A stretch of DNA of 64,000 nt from Clostridia bacterium. GTDB lineage: Bacteria > Bacillota > Clostridia > Christensenellales > UMGS416. The first letter of the stretch is position 1. Every line of letters starts with the position of its first letter. The DNA is taken from assembly GCA_030637745.1 (NCBI GenBank), contig DAOWFX010000123.1:1147-65146 (forward strand). The letters are read 5' to 3'. Below, piece after piece: positions 21,498-31,641 of the stretch. The notes under the pieces were generated by a model that did no database searches, was not told where the DNA came from, and saw only the letters and a list, made by a program, of their open reading frames with translations. Both the position numbers and the translations under genes were made by a program.

Positions 21498-22376
21498 ATG
21501 GATAAACATAATAAAAAAATTCGTTTACAAGCAAATGCAAAAATCAATCTTTCACTATATATTACCGGACAAAGAGAAGATGGATATCATCTAATCGACA
21601 GTGTGTTTGCACCTATCGATCTTTGTGATGTGGTTACTATCAAGAAAGGTAAAGAGGGTATCGCAATACGATGTAGCGATCATGATTTGGCGCATCCTTC
21701 TAATACCGCATACAAAGCAGCGCAGATAATGATGCAACACTACAAAGCTATTGAGGGGGTTGAAATATTTATTGAAAAGCATATTCCTGCAATGGCAGGC
21801 TTGGGTGGCGGTAGTGCAGATGCAGCTGCAACACTATTGGGAATAATGAAGCTATATGATATTTCTATAGAACAAGAAGTACTAGAACGTATTGCACTGG
21901 AAATTGGTGCAGATGTCCCTTTTTTCCTAGGGAATAGTGCAGCGAGGATTCAAGGCATTGGAGAGAAAGTTACCCCAATAAACCAAAAAGAACATATGAA
22001 TATTACTCTAGTAAAACCAAATGTATCACTAAGTACACCCGTTGTATATAGAAAATATGATGAAATTAATACATCATATAAAGGAGATTGCGACAAACTC
22101 ATTAATTATTTGAAACAAGGTGATTTAACTGCTATATCTAGTAGTATGTATAATGATTTGCAACAATCTGCAAGCGATCTGTGCCCTGAAGTTAATGAAG
22201 CGATTCTATACTTACAAAAAAGTGGTGCTATGAATGCAATTATGACAGGAAGTGGATCGTGTGTATTTGGAATTTTTGAAAATGAAGATTTAGTGAAAAC
22301 TACAGTACAAAATTACAAGGGAAAGAGTACCATCTATTCTATAAAAACAGTTGATAAACCTATTTTAATCATATAA
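21498..22376 (+). CDS. ispE: 4-(cytidine 5'-diphospho)-2-C-methyl-D-erythritol kinase
   Basis: ANAKINLSLYITG...DGYH and PAMAGLGGGSADAAA (GHMP kinase motif). Confidence 0.9.
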   Translation: MDKHNKKIRLQANAKINLSLYITGQREDGYHLIDSVFAPIDLCDVVTIKKGKEGIAIRCSDHDLAHPSNTAYKAAQIMMQHYKAIEGVEIFIEKHIPAMAGLGGGSADAAATLLGIMKLYDISIEQEVLERIALEIGADVPFFLGNSAARIQGIGEKVTPINQKEHMNITLVKPNVSLSTPVVYRKYDEINTSYKGDCDKLINYLKQGDLTAISSSMYNDLQQSASDLCPEVNEAILYLQKSGAMNAIMTGSGSCVFGIFENEDLVKTTVQNYKGKSTIYSIKTVDKPILII

Positions 22377-22544
22377 TTCTTAGTGAAATGCTCTGATTTA
22401 ATAAGCTCTTTGATTTTCACTGTCTTGTTTCTTCTAGAATAATCAAAAAAAGACATATATATTTTTTAACATAAGGTTCCATTTATCAGTTTTTCTTGTA
22501 TAATATAAGAATAAATAGGAGTTTACTTTTTTAAGGAAAATATA

Positions 22545-22970
22545 ATGGATAAAAGAATTATTATAAATATAGTAGGAGAGCAAACCATCGGTGACGAAAT
22601 CAATCGAACAGAGTTTGTAACCGAAGGTCGTTATTCTGAAGAAAATGGCAAGAAGCGTCTTGAATATGATGAGAGCAAGGTGCTTGGACTTGAAGGCTCT
22701 GTAACATCAATCGAAGTTGATGGTGATACAGTATCATTAATGCGTTCTGGGAGCACAACAACGCATATGATTATGCGTAAAGGCGAAAAATGCTTAAACC
22801 ATTACCAAACGCCTTTTGGTGCAGTTGAGATGGGTATATTTCCATTACAGGTGAAGTGTGATATGGATCAAAACCATGGAGAGCTTAATTTAACATATCA
22901 ACTTGATGTAGAAGGAACCTATGCAAGCTTGAATCAATTAAAGGTCTCATATACTGAACCAAGAAATTAA
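22545..22970 (+). CDS. DUF1934-family protein (YwiB-like)
   Basis: 141-aa beta-rich protein with a DUF1934-like pattern (V...TEG...LEYDES...). Confidence 0.6.
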   Translation: MDKRIIINIVGEQTIGDEINRTEFVTEGRYSEENGKKRLEYDESKVLGLEGSVTSIEVDGDTVSLMRSGSTTTHMIMRKGEKCLNHYQTPFGAVEMGIFPLQVKCDMDQNHGELNLTYQLDVEGTYASLNQLKVSYTEPRN

Positions 22971-22971
22971 A

Positions 22972-23508
22972 ATGAATAATGATAAAATTGAAACAATAAA
23001 ACGGCAATTGAATCTTTACTTTGCAGACAATCATACGAAATATAAATTCACCATTCAATATAATGGTGAATGTTTAATAGCAATTTTCAAAGGAAACAAA
23101 CTAGATAACATAAACCTTAATAATTTACCGGATTTCATATCTGGTTATGAGTATGAAAAAAATAGGATTTCATTTCATCTATCAAATACATGGATCAAGC
23201 AGAGTACAAGAAGCATTAAAGCATATGAGTACAACACAACAGATGTAGGGATTTATAGTCAGATACGAAGGTTGGATAAGCAGATAGACTTTAATTTGAC
23301 AGGAGGAACTTGGACAGAGGAAATGTTTGTTCTTGCAAGAAATATTCTCTATTTTCTCCATACAAAATCAGAAAGCATACAAGCAAATACAATAATAAGA
23401 TGCAAGAGATTGTACAATGAATTGCAAATCAAAGCACAAATACCCAAAGAACTAATTGTTGGATATAAAAATGCTTTGACAACAATAGCGCACAGCAAGG
23501 GGACATAA
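22972..23508 (+). CDS. hypothetical protein
   Basis: 178-aa ORF packed tightly between neighbours (1-nt gap upstream and abutting the next start). No recognisable motif. Confidence 0.55.
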   Translation: MNNDKIETIKRQLNLYFADNHTKYKFTIQYNGECLIAIFKGNKLDNINLNNLPDFISGYEYEKNRISFHLSNTWIKQSTRSIKAYEYNTTDVGIYSQIRRLDKQIDFNLTGGTWTEEMFVLARNILYFLHTKSESIQANTIIRCKRLYNELQIKAQIPKELIVGYKNALTTIAHSKGT

Positions 23509-24144
23509 ATGATTATTACATGGCTAGGTCACTCATGTTTTGAAATAGAAGGAGAACACATCACTGTTATTACAGATCCATATAACGATTCTGTCGGCTA
23601 TCCAATGAGATCAAGGGGAGCAGATTTTGCAACTGTCAGCCATCATCATGCAGATCACGATGAAACATCTTGGATTATTGGATGCGAAGTTGTCAGTGGA
23701 TTAGGTAAACATGATTTATCTAGTGCAACCTTTCTTGGAATTGAATCTTTTCATGACAAAAAAGAGGGTGCGATTAGAGGTCCAAATACGATATTCAAAT
23801 TTGAAATAGACGGAATTGCTTTCTGTCATTTGGGAGACTTGGGCCATGTTATCGATGAAAAAACATGGCGTAAGATAGGTAATGTTGATGTTTTGTTTGT
23901 ACCAATAGGTGGTACATACACTATTGATGCATATGATGCGAAGAAGGTAATAGATGCATTGGATCCGCATTTGAGCATTGCAATGCAGTATAGGAATACT
24001 GCATGCAATTTTCCGATTGACACACAAGATGAGTTCATGTGGCTAACAAAGGGAACAAAAATGAAGGAAAGTTCTATTCGTTTTAGTTTTGAGGAACTTC
24101 ATAAATCAAGTAGCATCGTATCTTTGGAGTGGAAAAGGGTATGA
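23509..24144 (+). CDS. MBL-fold metal-dependent hydrolase (UPF0173-like)
   Basis: ITWLGHSCF and VSHHHADH motifs. Confidence 0.8.
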   Translation: MIITWLGHSCFEIEGEHITVITDPYNDSVGYPMRSRGADFATVSHHHADHDETSWIIGCEVVSGLGKHDLSSATFLGIESFHDKKEGAIRGPNTIFKFEIDGIAFCHLGDLGHVIDEKTWRKIGNVDVLFVPIGGTYTIDAYDAKKVIDALDPHLSIAMQYRNTACNFPIDTQDEFMWLTKGTKMKESSIRFSFEELHKSSSIVSLEWKRV

Positions 24145-24207
24145 TTTTGCATAAATTATGTCGATATGATAAAATATGTATCGGGGGAAGCTTAGTTATC
24201 TAAGCAT

Positions 24208-24522
24208 ATGGAAAGGAGCCTTTGGGTGGTTTCTACGAATAAAAAATACAAGCGCAGAAGAATTGTGCTTATTCTTGGTGTTGTCGTACCATTGCTTTGT
24301 TATGCAGGGTTTGTTTTTTCACAAAACTTAAGGACATATAATAATCTCAAAGCGCAGCGCATCATTGCAGAACAAGAATATGAAGAAGCACAGCAGGAAA
24401 ATGAACAATTAGAGCAAGAAGTTGAATTTACAAAAACTGATGACTTCATCGTACAAAAAGCAAGAGAATTATTGGGATATGTAAAGCCCGGAGAAGTTAA
24501 GTTTGTTGAAGAAAACGACTAA
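24208..24522 (+). CDS. septum formation initiator family protein (FtsB/DivIC-like)
   Basis: Basic N-terminus, a single TM segment, then a Q/E-rich coiled coil and GYVKPGE. Confidence 0.75.
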   Translation: MERSLWVVSTNKKYKRRRIVLILGVVVPLLCYAGFVFSQNLRTYNNLKAQRIIAEQEYEEAQQENEQLEQEVEFTKTDDFIVQKARELLGYVKPGEVKFVEEND

Positions 24523-24545
24523 GTACATTTAAGGAATTAATTATT

Positions 24546-24574
24546 AAAATCGACGAAATATTCGTCGATTTTTG
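24546..24574 (+). terminator. intrinsic terminator
   Basis: Stem ATCGACGAA / TTCGTCGAT followed by TTTT. Confidence 0.75.
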
Positions 24575-24618
24575 AATATTGTTGTATAATTATTATCTAG
24601 TCAAAATCAGAGGCATAT

Positions 24619-26028
24619 ATGAAACTGAACGATATAGCAATCATTGGAATGGGAATAATGGGTAAAGCGCTTACTCGTAATTTTCGAATGCTTAAATATA
24701 CAGTTGCTATCTATGATACACATACAGAAAGCGCTATTGAGTTTGCAAACCAATTAAAGACTTATGTTAAACTTTACTCAGATATAAAGTTATTCATTAC
24801 ATCTATTGCAAAGCCCAGAAAGCTATTTATTATGACGTCACCAAACTTGGTCGAAGAGACAATAAAGTCTATCTTGCCCTTTCTGGATAGAGGAGATGTG
24901 ATTGTTGATGGCACTGACAGTTATTATCTTGATTCTAAAAGCAGGGCTGAAAGGTTAAAAAAACAGGGTATTAGATATCTAGACATGGGTATTACAGGTG
25001 GAAAACAAAGCATTCAAAACGGAGCTGGTTTGACAGTTGGTGGGGAAGCGGATGCGTTTGGTTCTTGTTCAAGGATATTCAGACAATTGTCTAAAGAACA
25101 TCAGGGATATAGTTGTAGTTTGCATGTCGGACAAAGTGGATTAGGACATTTTACAAAAATGATTCACGATGCGATTGAATACTCTATTCTGCAAATTATA
25201 GCAGAAAGTTATTTTATATTACGCACGTTGATTAATATGCCATGTGACGAGATAGCAGCATCGTTCAAGTTCATCAACAATGCAAATCACTCATATCTAT
25301 TGGACATCACAGCACAAATATTAGATAAGACTGATGCAGAGACAGGCAAACCCATAATCGACTTAATCATTGATGCGGCAAAGCAAAAAGGGACAGGTAA
25401 AGCAGCCGTGCACGAAGCACTTGAATTCAAGACGCCGATGGTGCAAACAGCTACAGCAGTTTTCTTCAGATACATTTCAAATGGACGAGAAGAAAGAAGG
25501 TTATCAAAGAAGGTACTATCTAAACCGATATTAAAATATGAAGGAGAGAAATATCAGCTTGTTGATAGTGTTAGAGATGCGATGAAAGCTTCTATGATTG
25601 TTGCATATGCACAAGGATTTCAATTGATTCAAGAGGCCATAAAGCATGAAGATTTTCATTGCGGTGTTCATGAGATAGTCAGCGTTTGGTGTGGTGCATC
25701 AACGATAAAGTCATATATTTTAGACAAAGCAAAAGAAGCCTACTCAAGTGATTATCTTGAAAATGTAATGCATGATGATAACGTTGCAAAGATGCTCAAG
25801 GAAACACAAACAGGATGGAGAGATACTGTATCCATAGCTGCACGATATGCAGTCCCCATACCGTCGATTATGAGTGCACTAAGCTATTATGATAGTTTGT
25901 CTTCTGGTACTCTGCCTACTAATTTGATACAAGCACAGCGCAATTTCCTAGGTAAAGACACAGTGAAGCGATATGATATGCAGGGTAATTATGATATCAG
26001 TTGGCCGGATTCTTCTTTAAATAATTGA
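24619..26028 (+). CDS. gnd: 6-phosphogluconate dehydrogenase (decarboxylating)
   Basis: 469 aa with an N-terminal GMGIMG Rossmann motif, the GHFTKMIHDAIEY block and a C-terminal 6PGD tail. Confidence 0.85.
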   Translation: MKLNDIAIIGMGIMGKALTRNFRMLKYTVAIYDTHTESAIEFANQLKTYVKLYSDIKLFITSIAKPRKLFIMTSPNLVEETIKSILPFLDRGDVIVDGTDSYYLDSKSRAERLKKQGIRYLDMGITGGKQSIQNGAGLTVGGEADAFGSCSRIFRQLSKEHQGYSCSLHVGQSGLGHFTKMIHDAIEYSILQIIAESYFILRTLINMPCDEIAASFKFINNANHSYLLDITAQILDKTDAETGKPIIDLIIDAAKQKGTGKAAVHEALEFKTPMVQTATAVFFRYISNGREERRLSKKVLSKPILKYEGEKYQLVDSVRDAMKASMIVAYAQGFQLIQEAIKHEDFHCGVHEIVSVWCGASTIKSYILDKAKEAYSSDYLENVMHDDNVAKMLKETQTGWRDTVSIAARYAVPIPSIMSALSYYDSLSSGTLPTNLIQAQRNFLGKDTVKRYDMQGNYDISWPDSSLNN

Positions 26029-26727
26029 TTGTGTAAGTAGATCCAACACACTTGATATGCGATAATCCTCTTTATAGGGAATGGTGTCCGGTAGAATACT
26101 ATCTCTGTCTGTTATCCATGCAATATCCAAGCCTGCCTCTTTGGCGCACAACACATCCAGTGCATGATCACCCACGTATAAGCATTCAGATGCGGATAGT
26201 TTTAGGTCATCAAGTGCCAATTGCATAATCTTCTGATCAGGCTTGGATACGCCGACGATGTCGGATACGATGATAGTTTCAAAGTATTGTGCTAAGCCGC
26301 TATCCTTCAAAAAGTCCAGTAGCGTTGTATCGAAATTGGAGACAATAGCCAGTCTATAACGTTTACAGAGTGTATCAAGGAGAATATTTACCCCATCGAT
26401 GACTATTTTCTCCTGATTTTGCAGGGGGATTTCCTGTAGTCTATCGAGTAATATATTCTCATCCTCCATTAGCTTGGCGGCACAGGATAGAGCTGATTCA
26501 TCCATTAGTCTATTGTACTCTTTTTCTTTCATGAATGGTGCACCATTGGTTTCTTTTTGCACCTGTATACCGATAGTGATGTGCAATTGCTTTTGTATGC
26601 AAAGTGGTGGTATTCTATTTATATTGACACCCACTTGTTTGAGTCTATTTCGATACATCTCATCCCAGCTGGGAACGAAATGAATCAAGGTGTCACCAAC
26701 ATCAAAAATGATTGCTTTATATTTCAT
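26017..26727 (-). CDS. HAD-family hydrolase
   Basis: MKYKAIIFDVGDTLI (DxD motif I), SN (motif II) and VGD...D (motif IV). ATG 26727 has an upstream GGAGA. The longer track start (26853) would run into the neighbouring gene. Confidence 0.8.
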   Translation of the reverse strand: MKYKAIIFDVGDTLIHFVPSWDEMYRNRLKQVGVNINRIPPLCIQKQLHITIGIQVQKETNGAPFMKEKEYNRLMDESALSCAAKLMEDENILLDRLQEIPLQNQEKIVIDGVNILLDTLCKRYRLAIVSNFDTTLLDFLKDSGLAQYFETIIVSDIVGVSKPDQKIMQLALDDLKLSASECLYVGDHALDVLCAKEAGLDIAWITDRDSILPDTIPYKEDYRISSVLDLLTQSII

Positions 26728-26798
26728 ACTGTCTCCTTTTTCAATATTATACCATAAAAAAAGGCTTGCTTGAATGCAGGCCTTCAATCTAACTGATG

Positions 26799-27914
26799 CT
26801 ATTTTACTTCGCCGGGCAAAAGTATCTTTTCCATCTGTGCAGGTTTTTCGCATGTGCTCATTATAGGCAGTACCTTACCTTGAGCTGCAGCATCATGGAA
26901 GCCTTCCATTATGTCCACTACATGATACAGCAGGTCAATGTTTGCACGCGGTTTCCTGCCTGTTCTTATCGCTACTGCCATGTCTGCGATACCTAGTCCA
27001 CGGCTATTTTCGGCGTACTCGTACATCAATGGTACATCATACCAACCTTCTATTAGTCGTTGCACTTGTAGCTTTTGAGGACCACTAAAATAATTGGGAT
27101 CAGGTATGGAAAGAGAACCTTCGGTACCATATATTTCGATGAAAGGCGTATTATGCCTCCATATATCAAAAGATGTTACAATTGTTCCAACTGCACCGCT
27201 TTCAAAATTCATAATACCGGCGATATGTGTAGGAACTTCTACCTTAATTTTCTTGCCGAATTTATTTCTCTTGTGATTGGTGATAGTACGTTCAGAAAAT
27301 GATATTGCAGTACTTCCTGCAACCGATGCGACAGGACCCAAAAGGTTAATCATTGTAGTCAGATAATATGGACCCATATCAAACATTGGGCCACCTCCGA
27401 CTTGATAATAGAACTCAGGATCAGGATGATGTGCTTCTGTGCCATGGGATTTCATGTTTGCAGCAACACCGATAGGGTTACCAATCCAACCATCTTCAAT
27501 CATCGATCTGCATGTTTGTATGCTGGCTCCGAGGAAAGTGTCCGGTGCACCGCAGACCAGCAATCCTTTGCTTTCTGCGAGTTTTTTAATTATCATACCT
27601 TCTTTGCGATTTGGAGACAAAGGTTTTTCGACATAGACATGCTTACCGGCTTCCAATACTTGAAGGCAAATAGAGTTATGATACAAGGGTTGTGTGAGCA
27701 CAACAACAATTTCAATGTCGTCATCTTGGAGCATTTCATCCAAGCTTTTGTATGCAACTTCAAATCCATATTTTCCTTGCTTTTCGGCGACTCTTTCTTG
27801 TATCAAGTCACAGCATCCCTTGACTTCGGTGATACTGAATACATTCATTAAGTTCTCTAGATATATTTTAGAGATATCACCACAGCCAACAACACCAATA
27901 ATTACTTTTTTCAT
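26799..27914 (-). CDS. Gfo/Idh/MocA-family oxidoreductase
   Basis: MKKVIIGVVGCGDIS Rossmann N-terminus and an EKP motif (VYVEKPL). ATG 27914 follows GAAGG. Confidence 0.85.
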   Translation of the reverse strand: MKKVIIGVVGCGDISKIYLENLMNVFSITEVKGCCDLIQERVAEKQGKYGFEVAYKSLDEMLQDDDIEIVVVLTQPLYHNSICLQVLEAGKHVYVEKPLSPNRKEGMIIKKLAESKGLLVCGAPDTFLGASIQTCRSMIEDGWIGNPIGVAANMKSHGTEAHHPDPEFYYQVGGGPMFDMGPYYLTTMINLLGPVASVAGSTAISFSERTITNHKRNKFGKKIKVEVPTHIAGIMNFESGAVGTIVTSFDIWRHNTPFIEIYGTEGSLSIPDPNYFSGPQKLQVQRLIEGWYDVPLMYEYAENSRGLGIADMAVAIRTGRKPRANIDLLYHVVDIMEGFHDAAAQGKVLPIMSTCEKPAQMEKILLPGEVK

Positions 27915-27949
27915 ATCAATACCTTCTTTCAAAAATCATTTTTTACCTT

Positions 27950-28657
27950 TTACCGTAATTTTGTATAGTCCAGTTTGCGCTCTTTGACAATGGTCTTGCC
28001 TTCTGCTGCCCATAACATACCGCGTAGCATTGTTTCTTGTACTTCATATTGATCAAAAACATCTACATGATGTCCAAGTGAGGAGTAGAATACACGTCCA
28101 TAGCCCCACATCTTTGTCCACATCACCGGCATGTCCACTGCACCGTTAGTTCCATGATAACCATTAACAACCGGGAATTTTGTGGTCATGAGTACATTCA
28201 CAACAGGATCAACATGCAAATAATATTGCTCAGAACACACTTCAAAGTCATCAATATTATCAATAATAGGAGATGATGTATTCTTCTTCACGTTGACAGT
28301 ATATGTCACGCCATCATTACCGGGGTGTGCAACCCATTGTCCACCGACCATGAATTGATAGAAGAACTCTTTACGAAAGCTATCGCCAAGTCCACCATGC
28401 GCACCAGCAAGTCCGACACCCGATGCGACTGCTTCAAGTAGTGGATTGAGCTGTTGTGGTGTGATTTCATGATTCGTGATACATGGTACGATGAGGTCTT
28501 GTGATTTTAAGTAATCTTCGTTCAGTAATACATTTAAATCGTTTGAAACATTCACATCAAATCCATTATCCAACAGCATGCCCTCAAGTTTTTTTGCAAC
28601 CTGCTCTGGTTGATGTTCTGACCATCCACCCCAAATTATCAATGCTTTTTTATTCAT
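27950..28657 (-). CDS. ThuA-domain protein
   Basis: MNKKALIIWGGWSEHQP... and the SLGHHVDVF pattern typical of ThuA-like class I amidotransferase-fold proteins. Confidence 0.75.
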   Translation of the reverse strand: MNKKALIIWGGWSEHQPEQVAKKLEGMLLDNGFDVNVSNDLNVLLNEDYLKSQDLIVPCITNHEITPQQLNPLLEAVASGVGLAGAHGGLGDSFRKEFFYQFMVGGQWVAHPGNDGVTYTVNVKKNTSSPIIDNIDDFEVCSEQYYLHVDPVVNVLMTTKFPVVNGYHGTNGAVDMPVMWTKMWGYGRVFYSSLGHHVDVFDQYEVQETMLRGMLWAAEGKTIVKERKLDYTKLR

Positions 28658-28799
28658 TCAAGAATACCTCCTCTTTGCTATATAAAGAGCATATAAAAAT
28701 ATTTTATAAAAATCTCGCCAACTTGATATACAGAATGGACACTTATTGCGCTTTTTGTTATAATTTACAGAATTCAAACATAGTATTGAGAAGGTCTAG

Positions 28800-29639
28800 A
28801 TGAAAGCTTTTTATGAAAATATCGATTATAAGGATAAGGTTTCGATTCATGCAGGAAAAACAAGAAATCTTAATTTTGTTGCCCATTGGCATTCAGATAT
28901 TGAAATGCTTTATATCTGTGAAGGTAGCGTTGGTGTAGGCATCAATAGTGAGTATAAGATACTACATGAAGGTGATATCTCAATCTGTGGAAGCAATGAT
29001 ATTCACTACTACAATAATGTAGGTGAAGGATCAAAGGGAATGATGATTATATTTAAGTCAAAAGTCTTGAATGAATCAAAATATTGGGGGAAAGATATTA
29101 CACCTTGTTCAATATGCATTGAGAAGAAGCATTTAGAAGAAAACAAATTGAATAGTAGTATAGCCAATATTTTTATGAGCGTTATTAATGAAGTAGAAAC
29201 TAAGAATGAACAGTCCTATTCATTTGCAAAGCTCAGAGTATCTGAGCTGGTTCTTTTGTTGTTTAGATCATTTCCATCTTATTATCAAGATATAATAAGC
29301 AAATCTGCAATTCCTTCTTCAACAGAAACAAATCCAATGCAGCAAGCACTGAGACATATTGAAAACAATTATGACACAGAAATAACATTGGAGAAGATAT
29401 CCAGTTATGTTGGATTGAGTAGCTATTATTTCTCACGTCTATTCAAAAACACTACCGGCACAAATTTTAAGTCCTATCTAACACATAGCAGGATTAGCAA
29501 AGCCGAGGAATTGATTAAAACTACAAAGAAACATATTATAGACATTGCATATGAAACGGGTTTTTCAAGCATTCGGACCTTTAATCGCTCCTTTAAGGAA
29601 TTGAAAGGATATACACCAAAAAGTGCACGTAAAATATAA
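28800..29639 (+). CDS. AraC-family transcriptional regulator (cupin + HTH)
   Basis: N-terminal cupin-like sensor (HWHSDIEMLY) and C-terminal AraC double HTH (YFSRLFK...GFSSIRTFNRSFK). It is divergent from the thuA operon. Confidence 0.9.
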   Translation: MKAFYENIDYKDKVSIHAGKTRNLNFVAHWHSDIEMLYICEGSVGVGINSEYKILHEGDISICGSNDIHYYNNVGEGSKGMMIIFKSKVLNESKYWGKDITPCSICIEKKHLEENKLNSSIANIFMSVINEVETKNEQSYSFAKLRVSELVLLLFRSFPSYYQDIISKSAIPSSTETNPMQQALRHIENNYDTEITLEKISSYVGLSSYYFSRLFKNTTGTNFKSYLTHSRISKAEELIKTTKKHIIDIAYETGFSSIRTFNRSFKELKGYTPKSARKI

Positions 29640-29657
29640 GTTATAAAAGGATGATAC

Positions 29658-29930
29658 ATGCTAAAGATCTGGGGAAAGACAATAAAGAAAAATAAAATTA
29701 TCAGAAGTCACATGATACAGCTGGATACCAATTTCACTGAAGACACTGTTTTTTGTGGTGTTGATACCATTTGTGAGCATTTTGATATACCACGGCCCAT
29801 AGTGCTCAATAAACATAAACGAGATCTTAACGAATTTTTTCTTATGCGTTTTTTATCTGAGGACTTTATTGAAAAGGTGCATTTTGATAAGTTTGAGATA
29901 GAAGTTTACTTGGAAAAGAAAAAGAATTAA
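29658..29930 (+). CDS. hypothetical protein
   Basis: 90-aa ORF 19 nt after the araC-type gene. No motif recognised. Confidence 0.45.
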   Translation: MLKIWGKTIKKNKIIRSHMIQLDTNFTEDTVFCGVDTICEHFDIPRPIVLNKHKRDLNEFFLMRFLSEDFIEKVHFDKFEIEVYLEKKKN

Positions 29931-29969
29931 CAATGTGTATAAACATATAATAATATCGTAGTTTGTGTT

Positions 29970-30001
29970 TTGACAGCATGTTTTATGCATGATACTATCA
30001 T
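29970..30001 (+). promoter_or_regulatory. promoter TTGACA-17-TACTAT with overlapping 6-1-6 palindrome ATGATACTATCAT (Fur/Zur-family-like operator)
   Basis: TTGACA at 29970-29975, TACTAT at 29993-29998 and the palindrome at 29989-30001, upstream of the metal ABC operon. Confidence 0.5.
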
Positions 30002-30032
30002 AGTACAATCTGTATCCACCGAGGAGGTTTTC

Positions 30033-30959
30033 TTGAATAAAAGCATACTTATACTGTCTATTGTTGTCATACTGATGATCAGTGGATGTGCAGGTACTGA
30101 AATAAATCAGCCCAATTATATAGAGGGTGGTCAAATTATTATCGCTGTTGGCATTGTTCCACTTGCTACCTTTGTTGAAGAAGTCGCTGGGGAGCATGCA
30201 AAAGTTGTGACACTCGTGCCACCGGGCTATAGCCCAACTAATTATCAACCAACATCCAGCGAGATGCAGGCATTATCCAATGCGTCGATATACTTTTCAA
30301 TGCAAATGCCAACAGAAGAAGCGAATATTCTTCCCAAAGCAAGTGACTTTAATAAAGATATTATCATCGTTAAACTAAGAGACATAGTGAACACAGTATT
30401 TCCGGTGCGTACTATGACTGATCATGTGCACGAAGAAGAAGATGAAGCGGGCACAGATGAAACTATGGTAGATCCACATCTCTGGCTCAGTCCAAAGCGT
30501 TCGATGGTTATGGTGCAGACAATTGCGGATGAATTATCAAAAATTGACGAACAAAACAGACAAACATATCAAGAGAATGCAAAGAGGTATATCAGAGAAA
30601 TAGAGCTTCTAGATAATGAAATAAAAGAAAAAACATCTGAGTTTCAAAGCAATTCTTTTATGATATATCATGGTGCGTATGGATATTTTGCAGATGATTA
30701 CGGACTTGAAATGATCTCTATTGAAGCACAAGGGAAAAAGGCAACAGCAAGTGAAATACAAGAAGTGATAGAACATGCTAGAGAGCTAGATATCCATGCT
30801 ATTTACTATCAGGCAGAGTTTGATGATAACCAAGCCCAGACTATTGCAAAAGAGATTGATGGCATAGTGATACAAGTAACACCGCTTACATATGATTATA
30901 TTCAAGGACTTAGAGATTTTATAACATCTTTGGAAAAACAGGTGAATACAAGTGAGTAA
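30033..30959 (+). CDS. metal (zinc-type) ABC transporter substrate-binding lipoprotein (ZnuA/AdcA/TroA cluster A-I)
   Basis: TTG 30033 lies 5 nt after GAGGAGG. It has a lipobox (LMISGCAG), an acidic/His loop (DHVHEEEDEAGTDETMVDPHLW) and a ZnuA-like fold pattern. Confidence 0.8.
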   Translation: MNKSILILSIVVILMISGCAGTEINQPNYIEGGQIIIAVGIVPLATFVEEVAGEHAKVVTLVPPGYSPTNYQPTSSEMQALSNASIYFSMQMPTEEANILPKASDFNKDIIIVKLRDIVNTVFPVRTMTDHVHEEEDEAGTDETMVDPHLWLSPKRSMVMVQTIADELSKIDEQNRQTYQENAKRYIREIELLDNEIKEKTSEFQSNSFMIYHGAYGYFADDYGLEMISIEAQGKKATASEIQEVIEHARELDIHAIYYQAEFDDNQAQTIAKEIDGIVIQVTPLTYDYIQGLRDFITSLEKQVNTSE

Positions 30960-31641
30960 TAAAAACGTCATAATATTTGATGATGTAAGATACTGCTATG
31001 GAGAAGTCTGTGCGATTCAAAATGTAAGCTTTTCAATAAAGGAAAAGACATTAACCGTGCTCATAGGACCCAACGGTGGAGGAAAAAGCACCATCATTAA
31101 GTTAATAACTGGTTTACTAAAGCCTGGTAAAGGAAATATAGTTCCAGAAGAAAGTGCTGCAATTGGGTATGTTGCACAAAATCCTTGGTTTGATGTTACT
31201 TTCCCGATGACAGTAAATGATATGGTACTTACGGGTACACTCAATCATAAAGTGAAATTATACAATAAATACACACAACCACAGAAACAAAAAGCGCTAG
31301 ATGCAATTGAGCTTGTTGGACTCAATGGTTTTGAAAACCGTGAGATCAGCCAACTGTCTGGAGGACAACTGAAACGTGCAGTGATTGCAAGAGCACTTTC
31401 TTCTAATGCAGAAATCATAGTCCTCGATGAACCCGACAGCAGTCTAGATGCAAAATCTACACAAGAATTATATGAGTTTCTCAATCAACTAAAAAAAGAT
31501 AAGACAATTATTATTGCAAGTCATCACATACATAACCTGTTTGATATTGCAGACTCTGTCATTTATATCAATAACGAGGCACAGGAATATGCATCTCCTA
31601 TTGAGTTAGAGGAAAAGCTTAAAGGAGGGATGGCAATATGA
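30952..31641 (+). CDS. metal ABC transporter ATP-binding protein
   Basis: Walker A GPNGGGKST, signature LSGGQLKR and Walker B IIVLDEP. Confidence 0.9.
   Translation: MSNKNVIIFDDVRYCYGEVCAIQNVSFSIKEKTLTVLIGPNGGGKSTIIKLITGLLKPGKGNIVPEESAAIGYVAQNPWFDVTFPMTVNDMVLTGTLNHKVKLYNKYTQPQKQKALDAIELVGLNGFENREISQLSGGQLKRAVIARALSSNAEIIVLDEPDSSLDAKSTQELYEFLNQLKKDKTIIIASHHIHNLFDIADSVIYINNEAQEYASPIELEEKLKGGMAI

Noticed and set aside
21236-21547. 103-aa minus-strand ORF spanning the rbsK start and the ispE upstream region
   Set aside because: It overlaps the rbsK N-terminus and the ispE promoter region, has no RBS and no motif, and is probably spurious.
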